Below are positions 26,240 through 34,375 of a stretch of DNA of 64,000 nt, one piece after another. The notes beneath the pieces were generated by a model, which worked only from the letters and a program-made list of their open reading frames with translations, made no database searches and was not told where the DNA came from. Origin of the DNA: an uncultured Actinomycetota bacterium. Lineage in GTDB: Bacteria; Actinomycetota; Actinomycetes; Streptosporangiales; Streptosporangiaceae. The translations under genes were made by a program, and so were the position numbers. The stretch is from NCBI GenBank assembly GCA_963822485.1, contig CAWGHW010000002.1, positions 20,507 through 84,506 on the forward strand, given 5' to 3'. Each line of letters opens with the position of its first letter. Position 1 is the first letter of the stretch.

Positions 26240-27135
26240 CCGGCCCGGGCGCTTCACCAGGCGAGATGCCCAAGACCCCTGTTCCGGGCCGGGCCGAGCC
26301 CGAGCTTGACGAACAGCTTCTCGACGCCATCCTGGCCGGCCAGCAGCTGCCCGATGGCGCGCCCGAGCAGGCGCACGTCGTCGCCGAGATGCTGGCCAGC
26401 CTGGCCGGCCCGGCCGACCCCGGCGACCTGGCCGCCGAGCCAGCCCTGCGAGCGGCCTTCGCTCGCGCCGCGTCGCCGACTGCCTCGCCGGGCCCGGCGA
26501 GCCCGGCTGGCCCGGCCCACCCCGGCCGCCGGCGGTCCTGGCTGCCCATCCGCCTGAGCGCCCGGCTCGGCGCCGCCCTGGCGGCGGTGCTGGTCATGCT
26601 CGGCGGCACGGTCGCCGCCTACGCCGGGGTGCTGCCCGGGCCGATCCAGAACCTCGCCCACCGGGCGATCGACGCGCCGCCCGCCCGGACCGGCCTCACC
26701 GCCGCGTCGCTGTGCGTGGCCTACGAGCGCGCCGAGGCCCGGCACGACGCGCCGGCCCTGGCCGGGGCGTTCGTCCGGCTGGCCAAGGCCGCGGGCGGCG
26801 CCAGCCGGGTCATCCCCTACTGCATCGAGGCCGGCAAGCCCCTGACGGCGACGCGGCCCGACGCCCAGCCCGGGTCACCGCCGACCAGCCCGAACCTTCC
26901 GGGCCACGGCCAGCTGCACGCCAAGGGGCACGGGCACGCCAAGGGCCACGGCAAGGCCAAGGGCCACCACAAGGCCAAGAAGGCCAAGAAGAAGAAGGCC
27001 AAGAAGCTCCACAAGGCGAAGAAGCCGAAGAAGGCCAAGAAGGCCAAGAAGCCCAAGCACCACAAGAAGGCCAAGAAGCACCACAAGCACAAGAAGCATA
27101 AGAAGCACAAGAAGGCTAAGAAGCAGAAGTCCTAG
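26236..27135 (+). CDS. Putative anti-sigma factor: single-TM protein with a 72-residue Lys/His-rich C-terminal tail
   Basis: 299-aa ORF. ATGA overlap with the sigma stop. TM segment is LGAALAAVLVMLGGTVAAYAGVL. The tail HAKGHGHAKGHGKAKGHHKAKKAKKKKAKK...HKKHKKAKKQKS is encoded at 26917-27135. Confidence 0.75.
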   Translation: MTGPGASPGEMPKTPVPGRAEPELDEQLLDAILAGQQLPDGAPEQAHVVAEMLASLAGPADPGDLAAEPALRAAFARAASPTASPGPASPAGPAHPGRRRSWLPIRLSARLGAALAAVLVMLGGTVAAYAGVLPGPIQNLAHRAIDAPPARTGLTAASLCVAYERAEARHDAPALAGAFVRLAKAAGGASRVIPYCIEAGKPLTATRPDAQPGSPPTSPNLPGHGQLHAKGHGHAKGHGKAKGHHKAKKAKKKKAKKLHKAKKPKKAKKAKKPKHHKKAKKHHKHKKHKKHKKAKKQKS

Positions 27136-27586
27136 CCGTCTGTCTCCGGCCGCCGCAGGTGGCGGCCCGGCTGTAACACCCGGCCCACGCCGAGCGCTTG
27201 ATCAGCGAGACACCACAGACCCACTGCCCCTGGCCGGTCTCCGCGCGAGCCGCGCGAGGCCCTCCCTGGATGCTCCTGACCGGGCGGACTGCTCCCCCGA
27301 TGCCCGCGGGACATCCCTGGCGGGACGGCTCGCCGCCCTGACCGGCTCAGGCAGGAGGGGAACTGGCCGGGGAGGCGGACGGCACGAGCGGTTGCCGGGC
27401 CGCCTCCCCGGTCGGTGTCTCCCCGGTCGGCGTCTCCCCGGCCCCTCCAGCCGTCCGTCGCTCCTGGGCCCGATCGCTGACGTCACCAGGCCGTAACAGA
27501 GCGCCATTGATGTCGAGATAACGAAAAGGTTACGATCGGGACACACGCGGCCACTTCGGCCGCCCAGACGAGAGGCAACCCCCGCC

Positions 27587-28459
27587 ATGCATCGTCGTCT
27601 TCCCTGGCTGCTGTCCTGCGCGTTAGCGGCCTGCGTACCGGCGTTCGGCCTGGTCGTGGCCTACAGCCCGGCCGCAGGGGCGAGCACCGCCCCGACACAC
27701 TCCCGGCCCGAGGCTCGCGCCCTGGCGATCGCCCGCCAGGCGCTCCGGCACCTGGACGTCGGCCGGCACGCCACCGACCACCGGGTATCCGGGCCAGCGT
27801 CCAGGGTTAAGGGCCTGACGCAGGTCTCCAGCACTAACTGGGCCGGATACGCCGACGACAACACCAAGGGCAACACCTACAGCACCGTCACCGGTAAGTG
27901 GTCGGAACCATCGGTGAGCTGCACCTCGGCGACCTCCCTCGCGGCCTTCTGGGTCGGTATCGACGGCTATACCAGCTCCTCGGTGGAGCAGGACGGCACG
28001 CTGGCCGAGTGCTATCTCGGCACCGCCTACTACTTCTCCTGGTGGGAGATGTATCCCAGCAACGCCATCCAGGTCGTGGGCGAGTCCGTGGCTCCCGGCG
28101 ACAGCATCAGCGCCTCGGTGGTGAAGAGCGGCTCCAGCTACACGCTCAAGGTCACCGACTCGACCCACAGCGCCAACAGCTTCACCACCACGCAGAGCTG
28201 CTCGAGCTGCGCTGACACCAGCGCCGAGTGGATCGCGGAGGCGCCGAGCGGCTCATCCGGCGTGGAGCCGCTGTCCAACTTCCACACCTGGACCGAGTCG
28301 TCAGCGACGGTCAAGTCCGGCTCGACCACTGGCGTCATCTCGACCTTCCCCGATGACGAGATCACGATGATCAACTCCTCTGGCGCCACCAAGGCCAAGA
28401 CGGGGTCGCTGAACAGCAGCGGCAACGGGTTCACCGTGACCTGGGAGCGGGCCTCCTAG
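27587..28459 (+). CDS. Secreted glutamic peptidase, family G1 (eqolisin / Peptidase_A4)
   Basis: 290-aa ORF with a signal peptide. Motifs STNWAGY, FWVGIDG...VEQDG, SWWEMYP and SAEWIAEAP match the catalytic Gln/Glu context of scytalidoglutamic and aspergilloglutamic peptidases. Confidence 0.8.
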   Translation: MHRRLPWLLSCALAACVPAFGLVVAYSPAAGASTAPTHSRPEARALAIARQALRHLDVGRHATDHRVSGPASRVKGLTQVSSTNWAGYADDNTKGNTYSTVTGKWSEPSVSCTSATSLAAFWVGIDGYTSSSVEQDGTLAECYLGTAYYFSWWEMYPSNAIQVVGESVAPGDSISASVVKSGSSYTLKVTDSTHSANSFTTTQSCSSCADTSAEWIAEAPSGSSGVEPLSNFHTWTESSATVKSGSTTGVISTFPDDEITMINSSGATKAKTGSLNSSGNGFTVTWERAS

Positions 28460-28728
28460 TCACCCGATCGCAGCGGCGCGGGCCCGGTCCGGTCTCCCCC
28501 GGCCGGGCCCGAGCCGCCGGCGAACGCCACGATCGGTCCTCGCCCCCGCCCGGACCTGCAGCTCCAGTACGCCGAAGAAGCACGAGCACCGGTACACCTG
28601 TCACATCTCCGGTTACCGGGCGGCGTCACGGCACCGCGCGATCTCGGCTACGGTGCTGGTAGTCAAAAGAGCTCGCCGCAACAGCTGACGCGGGCTGGCT
28701 CGGCACCGAGAGCGGAAAGCAGGATCGG

Positions 28729-29127
28729 GTGGGGCACGAGGACGTCGACCAGGGCGCGGCCGGGTCGCGGCGCGGGGCGGGTGAGCTGGAGGCCGAGGTG
28801 CTGGCCGTGCTCCAGTCCGCCGGGTCCGCGCTGACGCCCGCCCAGGTACGGGAGCGGCTCGGTGACCCGCTGGCCTACACCACGGTCGTGACCATCCTGT
28901 CCCGGCTGCACGCCAAGGGCGTGCTGGTCCGCAACCGGGCCGGCCGGGCCTTCAGCTACGCCCCGGTCGCCGACGAGCCCGGCCTGGCCGCCCGCCGCAT
29001 GCGGGTCGTGCTGGAGGCCGAGACGGACCGGGAGGCCGTACTGGCCCGGTTCGTGTCCGGGCTGTCGCCCGCCGACGAGCGGCTGCTGCGTGGCATGCTC
29101 GCCGATCAGCCCGACGCCCTGGGCTGA
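28729..29127 (+). CDS. blaI: BlaI/MecI/CopY-family transcriptional repressor
   Basis: 132-aa ORF. Winged-helix part reads ELEAEVLAVLQSAG..LTPAQVRERLG...YTTVVTILSRLHAKGVLVRNRAGRAFSY. Followed by a BlaR1-like gene. Confidence 0.85.
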   Translation: MGHEDVDQGAAGSRRGAGELEAEVLAVLQSAGSALTPAQVRERLGDPLAYTTVVTILSRLHAKGVLVRNRAGRAFSYAPVADEPGLAARRMRVVLEAETDREAVLARFVSGLSPADERLLRGMLADQPDALG

Positions 29128-29139
29128 AACGAGGCCGGG

Positions 29140-30090
29140 ATGCACGTCGCCATCTACCTGCCCCTCATCGTGCCCCTGCTGGCCGCCGCGGCCGCCCGCC
29201 CGCTGGCTGAACGACTCCCGCCGCGCACCGCGGCCTGGGTGCTGACCGGCGCCGCGCTGGCGCTGGCCATCGCCAGCAGCGCGGTGCTCGGCCTGCTGGC
29301 GATGGCCGCGGCGTTCCGCATCCCGCTGGTCGACGCGGCCGGCGGCATGTCGCTGGGCGTGGTCAGCCGGAGCGACCCGGCCACGCTGCCGCTGGGCGTG
29401 GTGGCGGCCGCGGCCCTGGCCGCCGCGGCCCTGGCCGCCCTGCGCGCGGGCTGGCGGCGAGCCGGAGCGCTGACCGCCGCCCATCGCCGGGCCCGCAGCC
29501 TGCCCGGCAGCGGGCAGGTGGTCGTGGTCTCCGACGAGGCGGCCGACGCCTACACGGTGCCGGGGTGGCCCGGCCGGATCGTGATCACCTCGGGGATGCT
29601 GGGCGCGCTGAGCAACGACGAGCGCCAGGTGCTGCTGGCCCACGAGCGGGCCCACGCCGCGGGCTGTCACTACCTGTTCACCGCGGCCGCGCGGCTGGCC
29701 GCCGCGGCCAACCCGCTGCTGCGCCCGCTGGCCGCCGCGGTCGGCTACAGCGTGGAGCGGTGGGCCGACGAGCGCGCCGCGTCGGCGGCCGGGGACCGGC
29801 CGCTGGCCGCGCGCACCATCGCCAAGGCGGCACTGGCCGCCGCCGCGGCGCCGCCCCGCCGGACTCCCACCGGCGCGACGCTGGCCGCGGTCCCCGGGCA
29901 CGTCAGCGCGCGGCACGCGGGCCCGGTCCCGCGCCGGGTCGAGGCGCTGCTGCGCCCGCCGCCCCGGCGGGGGCTGCTGCTGGCCGCGCTGGCCGTGGCG
30001 CTGGTGGCGGTCTCCGGGCTGGCCGCCCTGGACGCCGCGCTCGACCTGCACCTGCTGGTCGAGGTGGCTCAGGCCGCCGCGCTGCGATAA
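29140..30090 (+). CDS. BlaR1-like M56/M48 membrane metallopeptidase (signal transducer)
   Basis: 316-aa ORF with N-terminal TM segments. HExxH site within VLLAHERAHAAGCHYL. Begins 13 nt after blaI. Confidence 0.8.
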   Translation: MHVAIYLPLIVPLLAAAAARPLAERLPPRTAAWVLTGAALALAIASSAVLGLLAMAAAFRIPLVDAAGGMSLGVVSRSDPATLPLGVVAAAALAAAALAALRAGWRRAGALTAAHRRARSLPGSGQVVVVSDEAADAYTVPGWPGRIVITSGMLGALSNDERQVLLAHERAHAAGCHYLFTAAARLAAAANPLLRPLAAAVGYSVERWADERAASAAGDRPLAARTIAKAALAAAAAPPRRTPTGATLAAVPGHVSARHAGPVPRRVEALLRPPPRRGLLLAALAVALVAVSGLAALDAALDLHLLVEVAQAAALR

Positions 30091-30135
30091 CCGCCGCTGC
30101 CCGCCCGCTGCCCGCCGCCCGGGCCGGGAGCCGGG

Positions 30136-30792
30136 TCAGGCGTCGTGTGAGTGCGAGCTGACCGGGCGCTCGCCCGCGTCATCGACCGGGGCCGCGGCGG
30201 CCGCCCGCCCCTCCCGGCGCAGCTCACGCAGCCGGATGACGATGAACGCGGCGATGGCCACCACGACCAGCGCCACGATCACGTAACCCGCTACCGAGAT
30301 GTCGTGGGAGATGCTGTGCCAGGCCGTGCCCACCCCGTAGCCGATGCTGGACACCACCGTCGCGTAGACCACGGTGCCGATCAGGCTGAGAATCCCGAAC
30401 CGGATCGCCGGCACGCCGGCGAAGCCCGCCACGATCGAGGTGAACGCCCGCACCACCGGCAGCGCCCGGCCCACCGGGATGGCCCACGCCCCCCGGCCGG
30501 TCAGGAACCGTTCCGCCCGGTCGAGATCCGCCTTCGTGATCAGGACGTAGCGGCCGAGCCGCTCGACCGCCGGCCGCTCGACCACCCGCCCCACGGTGTA
30601 GGACACATAGGAGCCGGCCAGCTCGGCCAGCGTGCCCAGGACGATCACCAGCACCAGGTTCAGGTGTCCCTGGCCGGCCAGCACCCCGGCGAAGCCGAAG
30701 GTGACCTCGGACGACATCGGGATGCAGCACGCCTGGAGGAAGCCGAACAAGATCAGCGCGCCGTACCCCGCGTGAATGAGAAAGCTTTCCAT
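30136..30792 (-). CDS. DedA-family membrane protein
   Basis: 218-aa ORF. Contains the pattern GYGALILFGFLQACCIPMSSEVTFGFAGVLAG...RAERFLTGRGAWAIPVGRALPVVRAFTSIVAG. Confidence 0.85.
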   Translation of the reverse strand: MESFLIHAGYGALILFGFLQACCIPMSSEVTFGFAGVLAGQGHLNLVLVIVLGTLAELAGSYVSYTVGRVVERPAVERLGRYVLITKADLDRAERFLTGRGAWAIPVGRALPVVRAFTSIVAGFAGVPAIRFGILSLIGTVVYATVVSSIGYGVGTAWHSISHDISVAGYVIVALVVVAIAAFIVIRLRELRREGRAAAAAPVDDAGERPVSSHSHDA

Positions 30793-30919
30793 TGCTGCCC
30801 TTGCTGCCCCTTCGCCCGTGCTGCCCTTCGCTCGCCGCGATTGGCGCGCCCCCGCGCCCGCGCGGACCGGCCACCCGACGACCTCGGGGGCCCGATCGCG
30901 AGCGCGATCCCGTCCGATC

Positions 30920-30952
30920 TTCTACATGTTTGTAGAACTGTACCCTAGGTAC
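30920..30952. promoter_or_regulatory. AT-rich double palindrome in the dedA/PPOX divergent spacer
   Basis: TTCTACA-tgtt-TGTAGAA at 30920-30937 is followed by GTACC-cta-GGTAC at 30940-30952. This is a locally low-GC island in an otherwise GC-rich spacer. Confidence 0.4.
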
Positions 30953-31103
30953 GGCGTCAGCACGGGGACTGCGATTCGGCCGGACCGGACAGCCGGGCCG
31001 GCCGCGGTCCGGCCCGGATCCCAGCCCGCCTCCCGCCTGGGACATACCGGGCGGCACCCAGTAGCCTGACCTGGACAAATGACCCTCGTGCGAAAGGCCA
31101 GCC

Positions 31104-31586
31104 GTGGACAGGGAACAGCGCCGTAAGTTCGTGCGGGATCACCGGACGTGCATCTTCGGGTACTCCCGGCAGAGCCACGGGCCCGCGATGACCGTCGTCT
31201 ACTACGTGATGGACGGAGACGACATCCTGGTCTCGACGATGGCCGAGCGCAGCAAGGCCAAGGTCGTGCAGCGCGACCCGCGGGTCAGCATGTGCGTGCT
31301 GGACGAGAACTGGCCGCCGACCTACCTCCAGGTCTACGGCAAGGCGGTCGTCGAGCCGGACGAGGAGCAGGCCGCCGACGTGCTGCGCCAGATCGTCGAG
31401 CTGATGGCGGGCGAGGCGGTGCCCGACGAGCGCCGCGAGCAGATCGCCACGATGTCCCGCGAGGAGCAGCGGGTCGTGCTGCGCGTGACGCCGTACGCCA
31501 CCTTCGAGACGCCGCCACGGCACGTCAACAAGATGTCTGACCTGGACACCCTGACTCACTGGACCAGCTCGAGCCAGCCCTGGTAG
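31104..31586 (+). CDS. PPOX-class (pyridoxamine 5'-phosphate oxidase fold) probable F420-dependent enzyme
   Basis: 160-aa ORF. Contains the pattern REQRRKFVRDHRTCIFGYSRQSHGPAMTVVYYVMDGDDILVSTMAERSKAKVVQRDPRVSMCV. GTG start with GAAAGG upstream. Confidence 0.7.
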   Translation: MDREQRRKFVRDHRTCIFGYSRQSHGPAMTVVYYVMDGDDILVSTMAERSKAKVVQRDPRVSMCVLDENWPPTYLQVYGKAVVEPDEEQAADVLRQIVELMAGEAVPDERREQIATMSREEQRVVLRVTPYATFETPPRHVNKMSDLDTLTHWTSSSQPW

Positions 31587-31707
31587 CCGTGGCTATTGCC
31601 ATCGTCGCCGCCGGAAACAATAAGAAAATAGCCCGTAAAATCCGTATCTGCGGCGAACCCCCGGGAGAGCATGGAGAGGGGCCGGTGATTTCCAAGGTAC
31701 GGGAGAC

Positions 31708-32793
31708 ATGGTGAAGGTAAAGCGCAACGTCCTGACCGGGGCCCTCGTCCTGGGGCTGAGCGTGCCGGCGGTCACGGCCGCCGGGCAGCTCGGCGCCGTC
31801 CCGTCCGCGCTCGCCGCGCCGGCGCATGCCCGGTCGGCGGCCGCCCGGTACCAGCCCGCGATGCGCCGTCCCAGGATCCAGCTCGGCGCCGGCGTCGACC
31901 TGTACGCCTACCCCGGCGAGAACTTCACCAAGGCCAGCACGGCCGAGATTGCCTACCTCAAGGCCCTGCACGCCAATTCGGTCACCGTTTCATTCCCGTT
32001 CTTCATGCACGGTCGCAATGCGAATTCGGTTTACGCGCGCAAGTCCACCCCGACCCCGGTGCAGCTCGGCATATTCGGCCGGGCCGCTCTGAAGGCCGGA
32101 ATTTACGTCGCGCTGCGGCCGCTGCTGTCGAATGACAGCATCGGCGTGGCCCGCAATACCTGGCGGCCGAAGAACCTGCGGGCCTGGTTCAGCAGCTACC
32201 AGAAGTTCCTGCTGCCGTACGCGGAAATGGCCCGGCGGGCCGGGATCCCGCGGCTGTACGTCGGCGCCGAGTTCCAGGAGTTCGGCAAGTCGTCGCTGTG
32301 GACCAAGCTCGACAATGCCCTGCGCCGCAAGTTCAAGGGGGCGCTGGCCTACGCCAACAACGGGCACAAGCTGAACCGGGGCACAGGCGGCCGGGGCGTG
32401 CAGCTATCGGCGGACTCCTACCCGGACATGCCCAAGATGCCGGCCAACGCCACCGTCGCCCGGCTGACCAAGGCCTGGGAGGCCTGGGACCGGGCCATGC
32501 CGCGCGGCACCGTGCTGAGCGAGGTCGGCATCGCCGCGGTCCAGGGCGCCTACCACAAGCCCTGGTTCAACAAGTGGCCGCACCCGAAGATCGACCCGAC
32601 CGTGCAGGCCCGCTGGTTCACCGCGGCCTGCCGCGCGGCCGCCGCCACCCACATGGGCGGCATCTACTTCTGGGCCATCGGCTTCGGTGCGGCCGAGCTG
32701 ACCACCTCGCCCAGCGCCAAGAACCAGGGCGCGTGGGAGAAGGGCCAAGCCGAGAAGGCCGCCGCCGCCTGCTTCAAGAAGCTCCGCGGCTAG
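31708..32793 (+). CDS. Secreted hypothetical protein, possibly a TIM-barrel glycoside hydrolase
   Basis: 361-aa ORF with a signal peptide (VLGLSVPAVTAAG). The alternating beta/alpha character and YVGAEFQE and SEVGIAA motifs suggest GH clan A acid/nucleophile Glu residues. The functional call is weak. Confidence 0.4.
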   Translation: MVKVKRNVLTGALVLGLSVPAVTAAGQLGAVPSALAAPAHARSAAARYQPAMRRPRIQLGAGVDLYAYPGENFTKASTAEIAYLKALHANSVTVSFPFFMHGRNANSVYARKSTPTPVQLGIFGRAALKAGIYVALRPLLSNDSIGVARNTWRPKNLRAWFSSYQKFLLPYAEMARRAGIPRLYVGAEFQEFGKSSLWTKLDNALRRKFKGALAYANNGHKLNRGTGGRGVQLSADSYPDMPKMPANATVARLTKAWEAWDRAMPRGTVLSEVGIAAVQGAYHKPWFNKWPHPKIDPTVQARWFTAACRAAAATHMGGIYFWAIGFGAAELTTSPSAKNQGAWEKGQAEKAAAACFKKLRG

Positions 32794-32798
32794 CACAG

Positions 32799-32922
32799 CA
32801 TGTCCCCGGCCTCCGGCCGGGGGCGTGCTGCCGTCCTCGCCGAACCCCCGGACATCCCCGGCCTCCGGCCGGGGACGTGCTGCCGTCCTCGCCAAACCCG
32901 TGCTCGTCCTCGCCAAACCCCC
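32799..32922. repeat. ~52-bp tandem duplication (about 2.4 copies), each full copy carrying an 8-bp GC hairpin
   Basis: TCCCCGGCCTCCGGCCGGGG(G/A)CGTGCTGCCGTCCTCGCC(G/A)AACCC occurs at 32803 and 32855, with a partial third copy from 32900. CCCCGGCC-tcc-GGCCGGGG hairpins lie at 32804-32822 and 32856-32874. The array sits between convergent genes. Confidence 0.9.
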
Positions 32923-32933
32923 GGAGTCCCGGC

Positions 32934-34375
32934 TCAGGCCAGGACCTGGGCCGGGTCCTCCAGCAGGGCGGTGAACGCCTGCATCCACCGGGCGGCGGTC
33001 ACGCCGTCAACCGGCCGGTGGTCGACGGACAACGTGACCGTCATGACCCGGCGGACCCGCACCTTGCCCTTGCGGACGACCGGTGCCTCGCGGGCCGCGC
33101 CGACGGCCAGGATCGAGGACTGCGGCGGGTTGATGATCGCCGCGAACTCCTCGGTCCCGAACATCCCCAGGTTGGTGATGGTGGCCACGCCGCCCTGGAG
33201 GTCCTGCTGTCGCAGCCGCCCGGTCCTGGCCCGCTCGGCCTGCTCCCTGACCTGGACGGCAATGGCCGATACCGAGAGCCGGTCGACGCCCCGGATCACC
33301 GGGGTGACCAGCCCCTCGTCGGTGGCGATGGCGACGGACAGGTCCACGGCCGAGAAGTGCCGGACGGCATCCGGGGTCCAGATGACGTTCATGGCCGGCA
33401 CCCGGGTGTGGGCGTGCGCGGCCGCCTTGATCACGAGGTCGTTCAGCGTGATCTTGACCGGGCTGGAGGCATTCAGCCACTCGCGGAGCCGGCACAGCCG
33501 CTCCACGTCCGCGGTGCCCCGCAGGTAGAAATGCGGGGCGGTCTGCTTGCTCTCGGTCAGCCGGGCGGCGATGGCCCGGCGCAGCCGCGAGTGCGGGACG
33601 TCGCGCACGCCCTCGCCGACCTCGGCGACCCGGCGACCTCGGCGGCCGACGGGGCCGACGGGGCCGGGACGGAGGCTGGCGGAGCCGCCGTTGCCGGTGC
33701 GGTCGCGCTCACGGCGGCCGGCTCGGACGCGGCCGGAGCCCGATCCGCCTGCTCAGCCGACAGGTCCTGGCCCGGGGCCGGCCGGGCGGCCGCCGGCGAG
33801 CTGGCCACCGCGCCCCGGCTGGCCACCGCGGCCTCCACGTCACGCCGGATGATCCGGCCGTTGGGCCCGGTCCCGGTGATGCTGTCGATCGGCACGCCAG
33901 CGTCCCTGGCCAGCCGCCGGGCGATGGGGCTGGCGAATATCCGGCCGTGCTCCCGGCCCGAGGCCGGTGCCGGTGCCGTGGCGGCGGCCTCAGCGCGGGA
34001 CCCGTTCGCGCCGGCACCTGAGGCTGGTGCCGCCGCGCCGGCCGCATCGGCTCGGGTCCCGTCGGCGCCGGCACCCGAGCCCGCGGCCGGCGCGCCGGTC
34101 AGGCCGAGCTCCGCCGCCGCCTGGTCGGCCGATTCCCCTGGAGCGCCGGTCACCGCGAGCGGCGTGCCCACCGTGACCTGGGCCCCGGCGCCGACCAGCT
34201 GCCGCAGCAGCACCCCGGCCGTCTCCGCCTCGACCTCGAAGGAGGCCTTCGCCGTCTCCACCGTGGCCACCACATCGCGGGGCGAGAACGACCCGCCCTC
34301 GGGGATCAGCCACTCCGTCAGCACGGCCTCGTTCTCGCCGGCCACCACCGCCGACATCCGCAGCAGGTCAGCCAT
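32934..34375 (-). pseudogene. Dihydrolipoamide acyltransferase (E2), reading frame broken between linker and catalytic domain
   Basis: ORF 33557..34375 holds the lipoyl domain (VETAKASFEVEA) and an E3-binding domain (IFASPIARRLARDAGVPI). ORF 32934..33608, in another frame, holds the catalytic domain (VPHSRLRRAIAARLTESK...LSVDHRPVDG). The two overlap by 52 nt. Confidence 0.75.

Noticed and set aside
26817-27110. Minus-strand ORFs encoding FLAFL/LLGLL repeats
   Set aside because: They are the reverse complement of the AAG/GCC-rich Lys/Ala tail of the anti-sigma-like gene. They have no independent start signals.
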